From: Balanoglossus misakiensis | Lineage: Eukaryota; Animalia; Hemichordata | NCBI GenBank assembly: GCA_040954595.2 | Contig: CM082587.2 | Location: 2,199,000 to 2,262,999, forward strand | DNA length: 64,000 nt | Direction: 5' to 3' | In this document: in pieces, positions 35,601-49,950 of the stretch | Numbering within the stretch: position 1 is the first letter of the stretch | How the letters are laid out: the number at the start of each line of letters is the position of its first letter | Program-made: the position numbers and the translations under genes | Notes under the pieces: generated by a model | Database searches by the model: none | What the model was told of the DNA's origin: nothing | Seen by the model: only the letters and a program-made list of their open reading frames with translations

Positions 35601-38600
35601 GACCGTCATATCTCGACGATAGTTGTATCCTATCTCGTGATTGCTTGACGTGCAAACATACAATCTTCTTTCTAGAGTTTTAAAAAGCGACATTTTCACA
35701 AAAGTTTGTCAAACTTATTAAAGCGTAACATGCTTTTGGGAAGATTTTTCTCCAGAAGACCTAAACTTTTGATCAGCGGTATAGAGGATACCTGTCCTCT
35801 GAACACGTGTCATATTACAGCCGTAAGCTAAGCCTCTATAAATGTACGTTACGATTAGCCAGGGATATCCTAATGGCATATTGACATCTATGGCATGATA
35901 GTGTGTTATCTTGCATAAGCTACATACTTTTCTGTAATATTTATTCGATATGATGGTTCAGACATTTAAACATTAATTGGTATGAATACGATTGTCAATA
36001 TAACCAAGACCAGATAAGCTGTGGACAAAAGTGAAGTGCTTGGTGAGTGATCGATAATTGGCTGCATGTTTACTAGACTGTCTTAGTCCCGATCCTTTTA
36101 TTCAGGAAAAAACCCAATCACATTCAGTCACATAAGGCAAGTTAATAATGTCTTTGAAGTCAGCATTCACCGTTAGCTATCTGATTATCACCTGTTTCAT
36201 ATTATTGCAAAGATCACAAAGGGTGATCACGCATCACGCGTGATCAAGAAAGTCGCGGGGAAAATGCAAGATTTAGGGACAAGAGAAGATCAAATCACCG
36301 AGGGATGGACTTTGTAGCAGCCGGAGGTTGACAGGTGCTTGTGTATAGGTAGAGGCATTTGCTGACTCAGACATGGCATATTTAAATTGCAGGGCACCAA
36401 CAGTTATTCAGGAAGACAAAACATCATCACCGGGCATTTTGGAGATTAGAAAAATTCGATGAGACATCGGCGGGATTCGAGCGATGGGACAAAGTTCTGG
36501 TGTAAGAAATAGGAGAAAATGTAAATAATGCCATGTGACTATCTAGGGAAAAGGGTTATTTAGACAAACGAAGGTTAACAATGGCGTGAGTCTGACGTCT
36601 GTTCATCTGTCACCGGTGTATGCACACGATCAAATGTTATTAGTTTCATCGCATTGTTGGCCGCAATGTAAGCACATTGTCCACAATATAATCCATGACT
36701 GTTCAATCATTGATTTGGTTTTAAGGTATTAGCTATTCTTTCCGAGTCCTTGTCTGGACTTTAATCAGAATCCCCCAAGCAAACCATTATCTGCATGGCG
36801 CAGTGTACATTTTACACGGTGGAGAATCCTGAACACTAAGTATTGTCAGATAAACTTTCAAGCGAAAAGTCCAAGGGTCATGGTTTTCTGTTTCTACAAA
36901 CCCAGGGTGTGCTTAACCCGGCGGAGCATGACGAGTGAGTGAAGAAGTCAAGGCTACAGGTTCATGAACTAAAAGAAGAAATCGTGGAATTGATTCATCA
37001 ACTAGCCCCCCCCCCCCCCCCCCCGGTTTCTCTTTGGTTCCCCTATGCTTAAGTCCCTTATGACAAAGTTTAGTCGCTTACAAAATGATATTCAAGAACA
37101 GGAAAATCTTTTGTATCATTGCGCTTGTGGCTTGACATATACGCGCACGCGCATCAAGTGTTGCATTAGTCATTGGCTCGACTTGAGCAAGTAAAAGTTG
37201 AGATAGCGAACATTCAGCCTACGGACACACATTCAAAGAGATAAGTCTTGTTCATTTTACAATCTGGGGGAAATAAATCATACATCCAATCCTTTAGGGT
37301 ATCCAAACTCAAAGGAAACAAATAAAAACTGACATAACTCAGAATAAATACATAAATACAGAAAAGAACTCAAAAAGCATATATAAGCTTATCTCACATC
37401 AGTTTTTAAGATTCAATCTTCACAATTTTAGATTTTGTTTGAGTCACTTTCTCGGGATGTCCCTGTTTATGTAGTGGAACACATCAAGTACGCGAACTTT
37501 CACTTACAAGTAGTACTTTGTAAAACAACAAATTTCGACAGTCAAAGACACAAGGCTTGACATCTCTATTTCTCGAGAATCTTTCGTTTCGTACAATATC
37601 AGGTGTTTTTACATGACATCAAATCGTTCACGAAATCTTCGCCCAATCTCGCAAAGCGTTACCTGCACCAGCTTTCATATGTCGACAGGTGGACGAATCA
37701 GAAATGTTCCTAGGTGGTCATTTTAATGTCCTTAGCGTCACCTTTCTCCGCCCACGAAGAAATTTATGTCTCGCCCTCACAATCATTACGCCTGGCATTA
37801 GCATGTGTCTTGTTCACGGTTCATATTTTACCCCCACGTTTCGACACGAGGGTTCTTAAAGTCGAGTTCTACTTCACTGATGTCTGGCATTCACGCATAC
37901 GCGTGACGTTACTTTTCGTGCCTCATTTATCCCCGCAGGTTTTGTGTTATACCTGAAGTAATTGGCGTCACTCTTGAATCAGGGAATCGACTTTTGAGAA
38001 AGTGCGCAGTTCTCTGGCAAATACCGCATTCTGGTACGTCACGCTATGTGCGTTGTTGCGTTGACGCAAAATCATCCCCATAGAGATGTATTATAAAACT
38101 TTCAGTGACGAAACGTCTTGCGCAGATTGTACTCACTAAATAGAGACATTCTTTCGGGGGAGACTGCGCTGCCGCCAAGAATCGTTGGCAAACAGCGTCA
38201 CGAGTGACGTTGTGGATTCTTCAGTTGAGACTTCAGTGAACAATATGAAAGTGAAAGTCCTCTAAGAGATATGCAATTTCGTGAAAACTAAACATGTTTC
38301 AAAAAGAAGGGCAGATTTGTTCGAAACGTCGCGACTAAGATGGAAAACAACATCTTCTGTCATATTTTGAACAGAACATCCAAGTCCGGTCAAAATGATT
38401 AAAGTTGACGTCAGAAAGAAAAATGCGACTCCTTAAAGAATTCTTAGGTTTGAACAGGGAGCGCCAGTAAAGTGTGAAAGACTCAATGCGACCAAAACCC
38501 TTGTCATTTTCATCACAGGATGGAATTCTGGCGAAACTATAACACGAACCATAAAACGCAAATGAAACCTTTAGTCAAGGCTCCGTCCGTCGCCTTGGCA

Positions 38601-41245
38601 GGAAATCTCGGCGGGAAATTTAGCACCAAACGACAAAAACTGATACGCCGTGGAAATTTGTCACCTTCGCGAGGAAAATAAAAGTGAGTGTACGTACTTT
38701 TCATAGTGACAGATACAGGTGACGGTGGGTCATTACGACAGGGAAAAACACTTAAAACGTGTCCAGTAAACCTAATATATACTTCGACAAATGACCTTAG
38801 ATTTTGTGTAGGAGTATGACAGTTTTAGACGATTCAGTACACGAGGAAAATCCGACAATTCTCAAGCGAATGATGATTGTAACCAATCTGAAATGAGATA
38901 ATCTGACCTTTCAGTCGATCGGGACAAAACACGATTGTAACTATGTTTTCCTTCTCAGAGAGTTGTATTAGGCTTAATTTGTTCGCTATTATTTGCTCTA
39001 GAATCGAGTTTCATATCAGCTAGGCCTAGTAGACCACGTCTTGTCGTCGTTTCGTCACAACAGACCAATGGAGGAATCGCTCCCTGCCTCCTTGTCTCCA
39101 AAACGGTCTCTTTGTTTCGCCAAACTGAAAGTACTTGAGTTGGAAAGACCGACAATATTTTTGGTTTATAGCACACAAATGAAACAAACGCGTTTAGCAC
39201 GACCGTACACTATCGTTGAAGTATGATTTTGACGAATGGTCATCTCTAAAGACCGTGAAAAGAAAAGCCAGGACGAAAACTTTTTTTTTCAGAATTCCGA
39301 AGGGGATACTCACAAAGCTACCTTTGAATCATAACATAAACATAGTTTACGATTTCTCAATAGCAAAAAATTGTGTTGTAACTGAATTATTGATTTAAAG
39401 CCGCTTGTCTTTGTTTTGGGTTCAAGTGACTTTGTGATCACGCTCGCGAGGTTTGGTGACAAGAATAAAAAGTCTCAGGAGAGAACAAAATGACATTTCA
39501 ATCACTTCACAGGCCTCTGAGGACTCTTTAAAGACCCACGTAATCCCATCAATATTAAGAACAATTTAAAACGATTGTCAGGGGGCAAATCTACACATTA
39601 TCAGTCAGTGCCAACGGTTGTTGTGTGAAAGAAGAAAAATAAGAATTATGGGTATCAGAAGGAGCTGTTAATTCGTACTACGCTATTCATATCCGGACCA
39701 AAGTTCAAATCCGTACCTCACGAAACAGCAGTTTCCCCAATAATTTAACATATTTCACGAAAGGGACGATAAAATCTTATGAGTCTTATGAAAAATGGAT
39801 ATTTCAATCGTGTCTATAGTAGTCTATTCATGTTTATCATCCGCACTCACTGAGTCACTCCTGAGAAGGCATTGGATTTGATTTATGAAACATTGGACCA
39901 CAGGCACTTGTTGAGAATCTCTAGATTTAGAGGATAATTTCTAAAATGATATACCCATCGCGAATCTCGCAATACATGATTAATTGATTGATTGACGTTC
40001 GTTGCACAATTCGGGGCTACAAAAATTATTTTCAGAGACCACTAGCTAAATCTAGAGATCGTCTGGTCAACACAAGCCTGTAGTTTGGACAAGAGAAGCT
40101 GGCAAACTCGTCTACTATTCATCACCACATTTTCCTAACAACCTACATTTCGAATTCACATCCAGAATACAATAAAGCAAAAAACGTGAGCAAAACCACA
40201 GCTGAAATACACACATGCAGTCCTAATCAATGGTATCATTCTCCCTGTATAACATCAACAACCATCTATAACGTGTCTCCAACACTAAAATCACACTTCT
40301 TTTCATTCTCATAAAAAGACAGATCGTGAAGCCGATAGTTGGGAGATAGGCAGATGTCACGATTCGAAAAAGTCTGAAACGTTTCACTGGTGCTTCAAGT
40401 CGATGTTTGGTATTGAATAGGAGGATTCCATTGTAAGCTGAAAGGACTTCTTTAATACATTTTTCAGTAAAATCATTCTTAAAGAGGCAATGTATTGAAA
40501 AGAATTGACGTCGGTACGATATTCATTTCCGGAGGGGCCGAGAAAGGCCACATTAAAAGACACAATTGAAGCGTTAAGCACATTTTTGAATTGGAAAAAA
40601 CACACTATATGATAAGATTCCTGTCCTTCGAAAACGGTATCTTCTGTTATCATTCGATGTCAAAAATTTGACCTGAAAATGATTTGTAAATAACAATAAT
40701 AAAGTTAAACAGAATCCTATTAAAAAATCAGAGAATTTGCGCGAATAAGTGTTCTTAACCTTCTGATCGAAGTGTGCCAAGTTTACTTCAGTTGAACTAT
40801 CCTTCGGCTCACTGTCCGTCATTTATTACGAAATGGCCATAAACTTTTATTCTCTCATCGGCTTTGGACTGCCACCTGCTTGAGCAAATATAAACTGCTT
40901 TGATAGACCATTATACACTTTGGTGGTTGAGATGCCAAACATGTTAGCCTTGCCTCTATAATTTCGAGCCAATAAACTGATGTTGCTTTTTACTTCTCGT
41001 CTGCAATTCAGACTGTCTGTTTATATCAAGGCCAATTTAATACTGTTTTTAATATGATGCTGTCGTGGAATCTTTTCAGCGCGATTTCGACAACCATGCA
41101 TACTTTATACATAGACTGTCGTAGCTGGCGCTAGTTCTGGTTGCTTCGACAATTTTGTCTCTCATATATACAAAGTTTACTGAAAAAAACGAACATTTCT
41201 TTCCGTGCCCAGTAGAAGACAGTCGACTTTTGATGAAAGGATCGA

Positions 41246-41261
41246 CCAACAGATGGCGCTA
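41246..41261 (+). promoter_or_regulatory. CTCF-like motif
   Basis: CCAACAGATGGCGCTA is close to the CTCF core CCASYAGRKGGCRS. Confidence 0.45.
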
Positions 41262-41683
41262 TTACTTTCGCATTTTCAGGCCTCCATCCCTCGACAGTGA
41301 GGTTCTGAAAGTGTCATGAATTCACAAACCATGGAACAATCTTGGCATCACACCGATTGTCTTGGATTCTACCTGAGATGAATATACCGGCTCTATTTTA
41401 TCAACTTTACAATATGAAAACAGTAACATCATCAACATAATAACACCAGAAAAATATGGGCAGTTGTACCAAATAAACCACCATCATTCATTTGTGGACT
41501 GATGACATAAGCAAAGAAAGTAGACAGATGACGTACAGATATCATGAAGTGTTCATTGTTTGCGAACCACACCTTTTAGCCTCAAAGGTACATGTACACA
41601 ATATAAAATGTCATTTTTTGACAATTAAAAGGGATCGTCCATTTGAACAAGAATTACAAGAGTTCAGGGGATGTCAAACTTAC

Positions 41684-44600
41684 TCAGAAATACATTGCGT
41701 CACTAGTTTCTTGAGAAGTTGGTGGGTATGGGTGGACTTGATTGGCCCAGAAGTTCCTGTAAAAACATTTTATCTGTTCCGTGGAGTTTAACTTTCCCTT
41801 GGTCATGGTCAAGTAAAATTAGAAGGTCATTCTGCTCTGCTATTGAAAATATAGAAATATGTGCTAGGTCACCGCCAGGGGTGGACATAGCATTCTTCAG
41901 TTCACACACACCTCGATTAAAGGTTTTGGAGAACGTTCAACTTTTGCCCCATGAACTGTGCACCACTGCACTACACATAGTAACTGATTACACTGTGCTA
42001 GTTGTTTAAGGTGACAGCATAAATATACAGAACATTCCTTGCTTTTTAGTACCCATCATCACATGTGCCCCCTACTGGTGGTGTGTAAAACAATTTGGTA
42101 AACTGGGCAGTGCTGTGTTTATTTTTTGGGCCTGAGCAGCACATCAGTGGTAACAGCTGTCAAGAGGGGGCAAAGCTTTTTTTACAACCCCCTTACATGT
42201 ATGTACGTCCATAGGTTGCCCAATACTGGTATACAGTGAGTCACTTCCTGGCCACTCCCCCATAACCAACAATAGACAGACTTCTACTGAGAGACTCGAC
42301 TACCCAGAAAAGTAGGCCACAGTTTCCTGTGGCGACCACAAATAAGGCAAAATTCTGAGGACAAACATTGGGTCGCACTGAACTACAATATATAGTAATC
42401 CCACGTCAAAGTCAAAGCCTATGTCAGGATTTATACAACCACAGAACATTTGGAGTGCCATGCCCCCAGCGGGTCAGAACAGAGGACAAGTTGATAGAAA
42501 TCCAAACTCTGGTAAAGTACAAAGTTTATACTAATATTCAACCATCTGTACGTAGTACACACACACTGTTCTAGCGGTATGTGTGTTTGCATCTGTGTGT
42601 GTTTGTGGGGGGGGGGGGCAGTGCTGAAAGACATCGCAAAAAGTAATGAAAAACAGTTATATATGTTGGGGTTTGTTTCATCTAGAATTCCAAGGTAATT
42701 ATGCCCCCTCCTAACTTTACGTACTGATAAGAAGAGATATAAAGTGATTAATTTGCACTTTTCTTCTCATAACCAAGTAGATGTTTGAATAGTACAGGCC
42801 ACATATTTTTTTCTGACTTGATAACTTATTAATGTTGCTGGCTATTTTTTAAAGCAATCTTTCATTATGCAATGTTTACCTATTTGTAAGCTCATCAATT
42901 CTTGTTTGAGTTTGTTTAAATTTTAGATGCAAGAGGCACTGAACTTTTAATGATAATTTTTGCCAAATTTCACATTATTAGAAAAGTTGGTTTATGTCAA
43001 ACTGACATTCTAAATGTTTGTACTGTATTGGTATTGGCAATATGTGATGTAGAGGGCGCCCTGTACATTGTACATTGAGTACAGAACTTGACTTTTACCA
43101 TGAATATGCAGTTAGAAGCACGATATAAGTAAAACTCTTTAGGTGAATAGACCAAACTCTCTGAATAGCTCTGCGGGATCTATTGAATATCACTGAATAG
43201 ACAAACAATAGTCTATGTGTGAACCAAAAGCAATAGTTGGTTTGAAGAATGAGTGTCATTGGACCCTGTTGCCTGTTTGCTTTAAACAGTGTAGGATTGT
43301 GTACTTGCCTGAAGGTGTTCCAACTTTTTGACCTGTGGATCTGATTCAGATGTCACTTTGAAGTGGCAGCCCTATTTAACCCTTTCACACAGGGTGCCAT
43401 GTATTCCATTTTCACAAAAGATGTCTTTGTCACATCCATTTTTTGTCTAAAAAGAGAAAAGAATTGAGCTGAAGTATATTGGTTATTTGAAAATATCGAT
43501 GCATATTGCTCAAAGCAAGGCAAAGGAACAGTTCAAAATGCAGAGATTGGTAAACTGACCATTTTAAGTTTGTGGAGATTCTAATACGCATGTGCACATG
43601 TACCATTGTACTTGTGAACTCTTGCAATGAGAGACTGAATAAAGGGGTGTAGCACCCACTTATTTTTTAACTTGTTCACATTTAAATGCACAGCAACAAT
43701 CAGGGGTTGATACTACATTCTTATCTACCCATAAGGAAGAGTACGGTCCAAGCTAAGTGTGAAAGTAAAATTGTGAAAATACTGCCAAAAAAGTGGCAGC
43801 TTGTTGGGTTTTAATTTTGCCTATACATGCACTGTTATCTTACCTTGGAACTTATCAGCAGGTCGATCAACATCACTTTTATCCAAACACAGTTCTTTCC
43901 TGCAACACAAACAAACACAATCTTTCAAGGATAAGGTCAGCAGACAGAAATATCAGATTCACCTGTTGTATCAGGTAAATCGAACAATGAACATACCAAT
44001 ATGTGAAATTAATCTCTCAGTATGGAAACTTTTTATGAGATACTCTGGTGAACATGGTATAGCTTGGTTGCCATGTAGTATTTTCTGTAATCCTCAATGC
44101 TAGATTTTTATACGGCTGGCCCCTTTGCCGAGGAAGTAATTTGATGAACTACGGGCACATGACAGTAGCTTGTATACAGAAGACCTCTGCCCTTTGAAGT
44201 ATTATGTAGAAACTGGAAGCGAACAAGTTCCTGTGAGTGGTGTAGATATCCTGTTTCTTAACTGTGTGGTTGTGTTGCAGCTACTGTCAGTCCGGTTTCA
44301 GTAATTCACATTTTCGCTAACCAACCTCCCTTTACATGGACGCAACTTTTAGTTTTCTACAGTCAAGGAAAAAATTTAGCACAATGTTTTGCATTGAGTG
44401 TAGATTGGAAATACATTATTTTGATATTCAGAAATATAAGCGAGTTATCTGTCAGCACAGGTACAACATTCCATTAAAATTATCATATAAATATTTATTC
44501 AATATGCTTGCATATTTGCATCAGTGGTATGTAGCCCTGGTACAACACATTTGTTTTTTGAAGAAATGTTTTTTTTTGTCAGGAAATCTGGGTCTGCAAA

Positions 44601-47600
44601 CATTCCTGTTGCAGAAGCATCAATATTTTTATGTAGAAGCTCGAAACAAAATTCCTTTGATCCACACTATGCAGAGTCAGTCAAACCTAATGCACCAGAA
44701 GTACTAGCTTTCTTTTATTTATTTGCTGAATTGGAATCAACTTGGGAAAAGTGATATTCTGTTTTGAATTGGAAAAGACCTTCTTTGGCCGGTGTGAAAG
44801 CCAAGTTCTTGATTAAACTCATGACCTTGTATCGAAGGTGAAACATGCTGGTCCTAAGTCGTTCTGTCTACAGATTTTATTTTGAAAAGGCAGTGGGTTT
44901 AAGGCCACAGGTGGCTTGTTTTAAAATCAGATTATGTGTGATCCAGTCAAAACTCTGACAGCCTTGCTAAGGCGAGATATTGAGCTGTTTTCATTGATTA
45001 TTTTGAGTGTCTTCGTTCACAGGGTTCAACCCCTATCTGTAATTGTACTGGTATCTTTTGTCACAGTGATGTCAGTGTTGTTGCTTTGACTGTTATCTAT
45101 TGTTTGCTGTGGAGTGTCGAACAGTTTTGTTCCCTGAGCATGTCACAAGGATTAGCATACAGGGACGTACCACAAAGACTTCATGTTGCACTATACTGTT
45201 GACATCGTCCTGCTTACTGCCTCCGATCATTACTGGCTGACGCGTCTGCCAGGGGCAGATGTTACAGGCACTCGTTTTATTTAAAGAGCTGTCACAATTC
45301 TTGTTCGATGACGCTGAATACTCTGTGATCTAACAACGGACTCCATTTTTTGAACCATACTGTGGACTTTTTAACTGTAAAACTTTCAGTGGACGATTTT
45401 CTGCGGTAAAAGTTTTAACACTATGTGGACTCTGCCCAGACTATCAGGTATGTCATCATTATTTGCTGTACCTCTCAGTTATCGAAGGGCTTCCTGTATC
45501 TTTGTCTGTCGAATCTAACTCGATTCTTCTACATGCTTTTCAAATATCACCTGTATTCATTCTGGCAATTATGTCTCGTGAGGAACTGACCGTATTATTT
45601 ACATCTGACCTGCAGACATTTTCTGTCATCTCTTTTTTTATAGACTCACGTTCATTGTACACACTTCACCAGACAATGTATAATCAATGACATGTTGTTA
45701 AAGATGAGCGTATTATCGTCTTTGATTGTTCAAGGCATATAATTATCAGTCAGACGAATTCAAGTGCTAGTAATTATTCACAACTTGTTTACTTGTCCAA
45801 GGAGTGAATTTTCGCATTTCAGGTGTGAGTGGCTGCAGGAAATCGACATCAGTTAAAAACTTTTTGGAAAGTTTTCATTTTGTTTGTAGTTGGGTAAACA
45901 GGAAACCCTGTATTGTTATGGGTTCACATCCTAGGAGAGTATGTTACCTTTATTCCCTCAAGGGTAATGGTATATCCACAGAAGCCAACCAGCCTGCCTT
46001 CTGTTAGATAAGACCTCTAGTTGTGCTTCCAGCGCCGGGCTGGCATAAATTATTTGGATGAATAATTGGCATGCTTTGTAACTTTGCCATCAGACTAAAA
46101 CACGTGCGCTAAGCCTCAAAGGGCAAACAGTAACAAAATAAAAAATGTAACAGTCTGAACTTTTTGTCAGGCCAGATGAAAGCATCTTCATTAATGGAAT
46201 TGACAACAGTTTTGCCCAAGCCCTTTTCAAACAGTTACCCGCGTACAATTACTTTCTGATATATGAATAATTAAAAGTAAAATAATTGGTAGCACATTTA
46301 CATATTATCTTTAACATCAAAAGAGACTCAAACAAACAAAACAAACAAGTTTATTTTCAAGGATCTTATCCCTGTGGTGTTTTTCTCCAAACTATTGAGT
46401 GACATGTGATATCACATGTGGGTTTTTATAGGTAACAAGTTCCGGACAAGTGACATCAACTACCTCTATAAAAACTTGTTGACTGCAAAACAATCAGCTT
46501 TTATTTTCTGACCTGAATGCCTTTCTGCCAAGTGTTGGACAACTGCCATACTGATCATAGCTGACTTTATGAGATTGTTGAACATAGGGTAGTTTATAGG
46601 GCTCAAGTTCAATACATGTGTGCGTAGTTATGAATTTGTTATTCGAAATTAACTTCAGTTATTGTCCAAGATGGACACATCACTTGGAATTTCTTCGATA
46701 CATGTACATGAATTTTGTACAGAGCAGTTTGAATTTGTTTCAAAAGATATGGCGCTTCAAAGTAACTTAGTTTCTAGAATATTGATAACAGATGTGATGA
46801 TGTGACCATATTACGGGATATATAACAGTGAGAATGCCCAGAAGCCAGATTCCTGTCTTAACGAACTATGCAGAACAAACATCACAGGCAATTACATTTC
46901 TTGAGCCCATTTAGATCTCATTAAACTGATGCAATGCTTTAATTAAATACACACAAACCCAATTGCCATTGAGAAAGCCTAAGGGAAAATTGATCACATT
47001 TTCTGTGAGTGTATCAACACAATCAAATATTGTGTCATAAGACACAGAGTTGATTTTGATTTATGTAGCCATTTTTTCATGTTTTGTGATATAAGTCTAT
47101 CCACTGATAAGTTTGTGGTACATGTGAAAATCTTTAGTCTTCAAAACATGGGGGAAAAACAGGTGTAATTTGCGAGATTCATTGTTTCCTGGTAATTTTC
47201 GCATTAATAGTACACTAGAGAGCCATTATAAAATATAAATTTGTATTTGACGTAAAATAATTCGTCTAGATGTTCTACCAGGGCATAGGTTAATAACCAC
47301 TGTATTAGTTTCTATGCAACTCCTAATTTCATGTCTGACTTGGAGATCATAAATTAGGAAATGTTATAAATTATGTTGAAATTATTATTTGCACCTGTGG
47401 AAGTCACATTTGTGATGTGGGCTGTCTGTGGTACAAGTGCCTGCATGGAATAAGCAAATCGCACTTGAACTGGTAAATTTATAATTATATAGACTGCATC
47501 TCAGAGGCGTAATAGAAAATGCCCAAACTGTAGTTCCATTGCAAAAGACTTTCTTTCAGAGTAAATTTACCATGACTGTCAAGGTTGGGATGTTTTGTGG

Positions 47601-49950
47601 GGACGTATTAGGTTCAGAAAGCTTTATTAAGAATATTGTTCTCTAAAGGTATTGTACGAAGTATAGAATGCCGTGCATATTGAAGTAAACCAAACTATGC
47701 GCCAGCGAGTCTGCTGTGTCTACTTTTGAGTGGACACAGTGTGTGGTAAAAGTATCCTATTCTTCAACAGGCATTGACCCTAATCAATGAGGTGTGTGAT
47801 GAGAATAGTTGCCCAGAGTCAAAAAAGTACGAAATTGGAATTCCAACATTCGTGCATAGGGAATATTTGGTACAGTTGGTGAAGTGTGCACTGCAACAGG
47901 CACTGAGTGTTACGAAACTTGCTTTTGTGTCCACCCGAGACTGATTTCCATACAATCGATTGGAATTGTTTCAACATGTCCCAGAACAACTCATTTGGAA
48001 TACAAATCAGTGCAGGCCCTTTCAGTCAGATCTTGGCTGCCACCCCTTCGTCTATTGGTGGATTCGTCCACGGTATTAAAAGTTCGACAAAGGTCACATG
48101 TTGGTGTTGTGAATAAGTGTGATAATACTTTCGGAAAAGAACAGTCAGTCAGCTGTTCCTGCAAGGTGTTCCCAGAGCAGTTCTCTCACCTTTTTTTTCT
48201 GATTATTATCAGGCCTCGACAGGTATGTCTTAATGTCTACTTTGTTCTCTGTCATAGTTGGTATCACATGTAATCCAAGAGATTTGTTGTTATAGTTTTA
48301 TCAGTCTGATGAAAAAATCTGTAGAAACAGTGCAATGCTGTGAATGAATCGTTTGTTCAAAAAGAAGACTTGTTGAGAATGTGTAAGTACAGTGTATGCA
48401 ATACTTTGAACCAGCACAGACTGCAGTGGGCATGATAAGTCACCAGACAGAAATCTTTCATTAAAACTCCATTCAGATTGCAATCATTCAGTTACAAAAC
48501 AATGACTCTTCAAGGTGTACTTGGTTACAATAATTACGTCATATCAGAACATCTTAATTTTCATCCGATCTGAGTGCCAAGTCAGAATTTCTGAACGATC
48601 AACACTCACAGTACAATATGTCTTGTTCTCGGGGCACTGACATGGTGTCATTTGTCCGGTCAGTTGCTGTTCACAAAAGTCTGTGCAAGGATCACCGAAA
48701 GGCTTCTGAGGAATTCCGCACATGTACAAAGAGACAGCCACAGGCATTTATTGAATCAGCTGGGGCCTAGATCTGACTCCCTGTATTTGCTACATGGGGG
48801 CAATTTACCACTTCTGAAGGCCACCACCACCATCAAGGTCTCTGACTTTCATTCTGATAGTGACCCTTCTCTGCATGTGTCCCTCACCCCATTGATAAAA
48901 TGATCTTGAACTTGACTCCTTGCATTATCAGCAGGCAGCTAGGAAGTACACCACATGATAGCAACTGTCTGGGGTCTTCAATGTTATCTATTCAATCATG
49001 GTTTATTTTTAGTACCCTGAGAAATATTTCCAAATGTGTTTCTGATTACTATTCATTAGACTGGCTATTTGCAATAGATTAAGTTAATTTAAGGTCAATC
49101 AATTGGATAAGCCTGAAAAGTCTCTTGTTAAATGAACCAGAGAAAACAATTTCGAGTAAATTTACAAAGTTAATGTGGTTCCCACAATAGAGAGATCTTC
49201 AGTATAGTTTAGCTGTGAAACTAAAAGGCTTGTCTTTTGGTTGTATGCTTGTCTACGCCATGTAATGAATATCTGTGGTAAAATGTCATTGTAAAGCTTG
49301 TGCCAGTGTTGAAGTTTGTTCATGTTACAAATCTGATACTGCACTAGTTGAGAGATATACATGTGCTGGTACATGTATGGTTGACTGAATTCCCTTAGAT
49401 GTAGGGGAATAGCTAGATGCTTATTTCCAACCAGTTGAAACTAGAATCGGTGCAAAAATTGTAACTTTTGTGTTCGGAAAATTTCTTACTAACTCCCTGA
49501 GAGGAGAATGGGGCATTTTATCTCCTTTGAGTAAAGCAGAGACTTCATTTTAATCTGATTTTCTTTGCTTGTTTTCTTTCTCTGAGGTCACAAAGAGTGT
49601 AATCTCTTCTATACATAGAATACTGTAGCCACTGATAGCATATTCACTGAAAGCACCAATCAGATCCTTTCAAAATCAATGCCTCATTAGTGGTTAAATA
49701 GACCCCCATTCAAATCCTGCATGGTGTCAACTTGTTAATGCCCTAACAAGATTAAGAATAATGCCTAAAATAATCTCAGCCCTGTGCCTAAATTATTATC
49801 TCCCCAGGTTTCACAAATTATCTCTCCAGGTGAGCAAATTTCAAGTTTGCTTTTACTGTAGCATTCCAACGGTCTGTATGGATTCAGCTGGTAAGGTACA
49901 CATAGCTTGTTGACCATGTCAACATTTGGGCCTTTTAGGGTTTCCAATCT
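41684..49950 (-). pseudogene. Degenerate multi-exon locus (pseudogene or spliced lncRNA), product unknown
   Basis: Well-formed minus-strand exons at 43844-43899 (tgcag/gtaaga; KELCLDKSDVDRPADKFQ), 43560-43634 (ttcag/gtcagt) and 41684-41756 (ttacag/gtaagt). Longer coding-like stretches with stops lie at 44-46 kb and 47.8-49 kb. Confidence 0.3.
42065..42078 (-). promoter_or_regulatory. CTCF-like motif
   Basis: CCAGTAGGGGGCAC on the minus strand. Confidence 0.4.

Noticed and set aside
36223-36245. Hairpin TGATCACGC-N5-GCGTGATCA as a Helitron 3' end
   Set aside because: No CTRR terminus at the expected distance and no other support.
36469-36482. Reverse tRNA B-box-like word ggcgggattcgagc
   Set aside because: No A box or cloverleaf nearby.
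37006-37024. Poly-C runs (also near 35098 and 50053; poly-G near 42607)
   Set aside because: Simple homopolymers with no further structure.
42215-42511. Plus-strand exon-like segment (atag...gtaaag)
   Set aside because: Three in-frame stops in the best frame and no recognisable domain.
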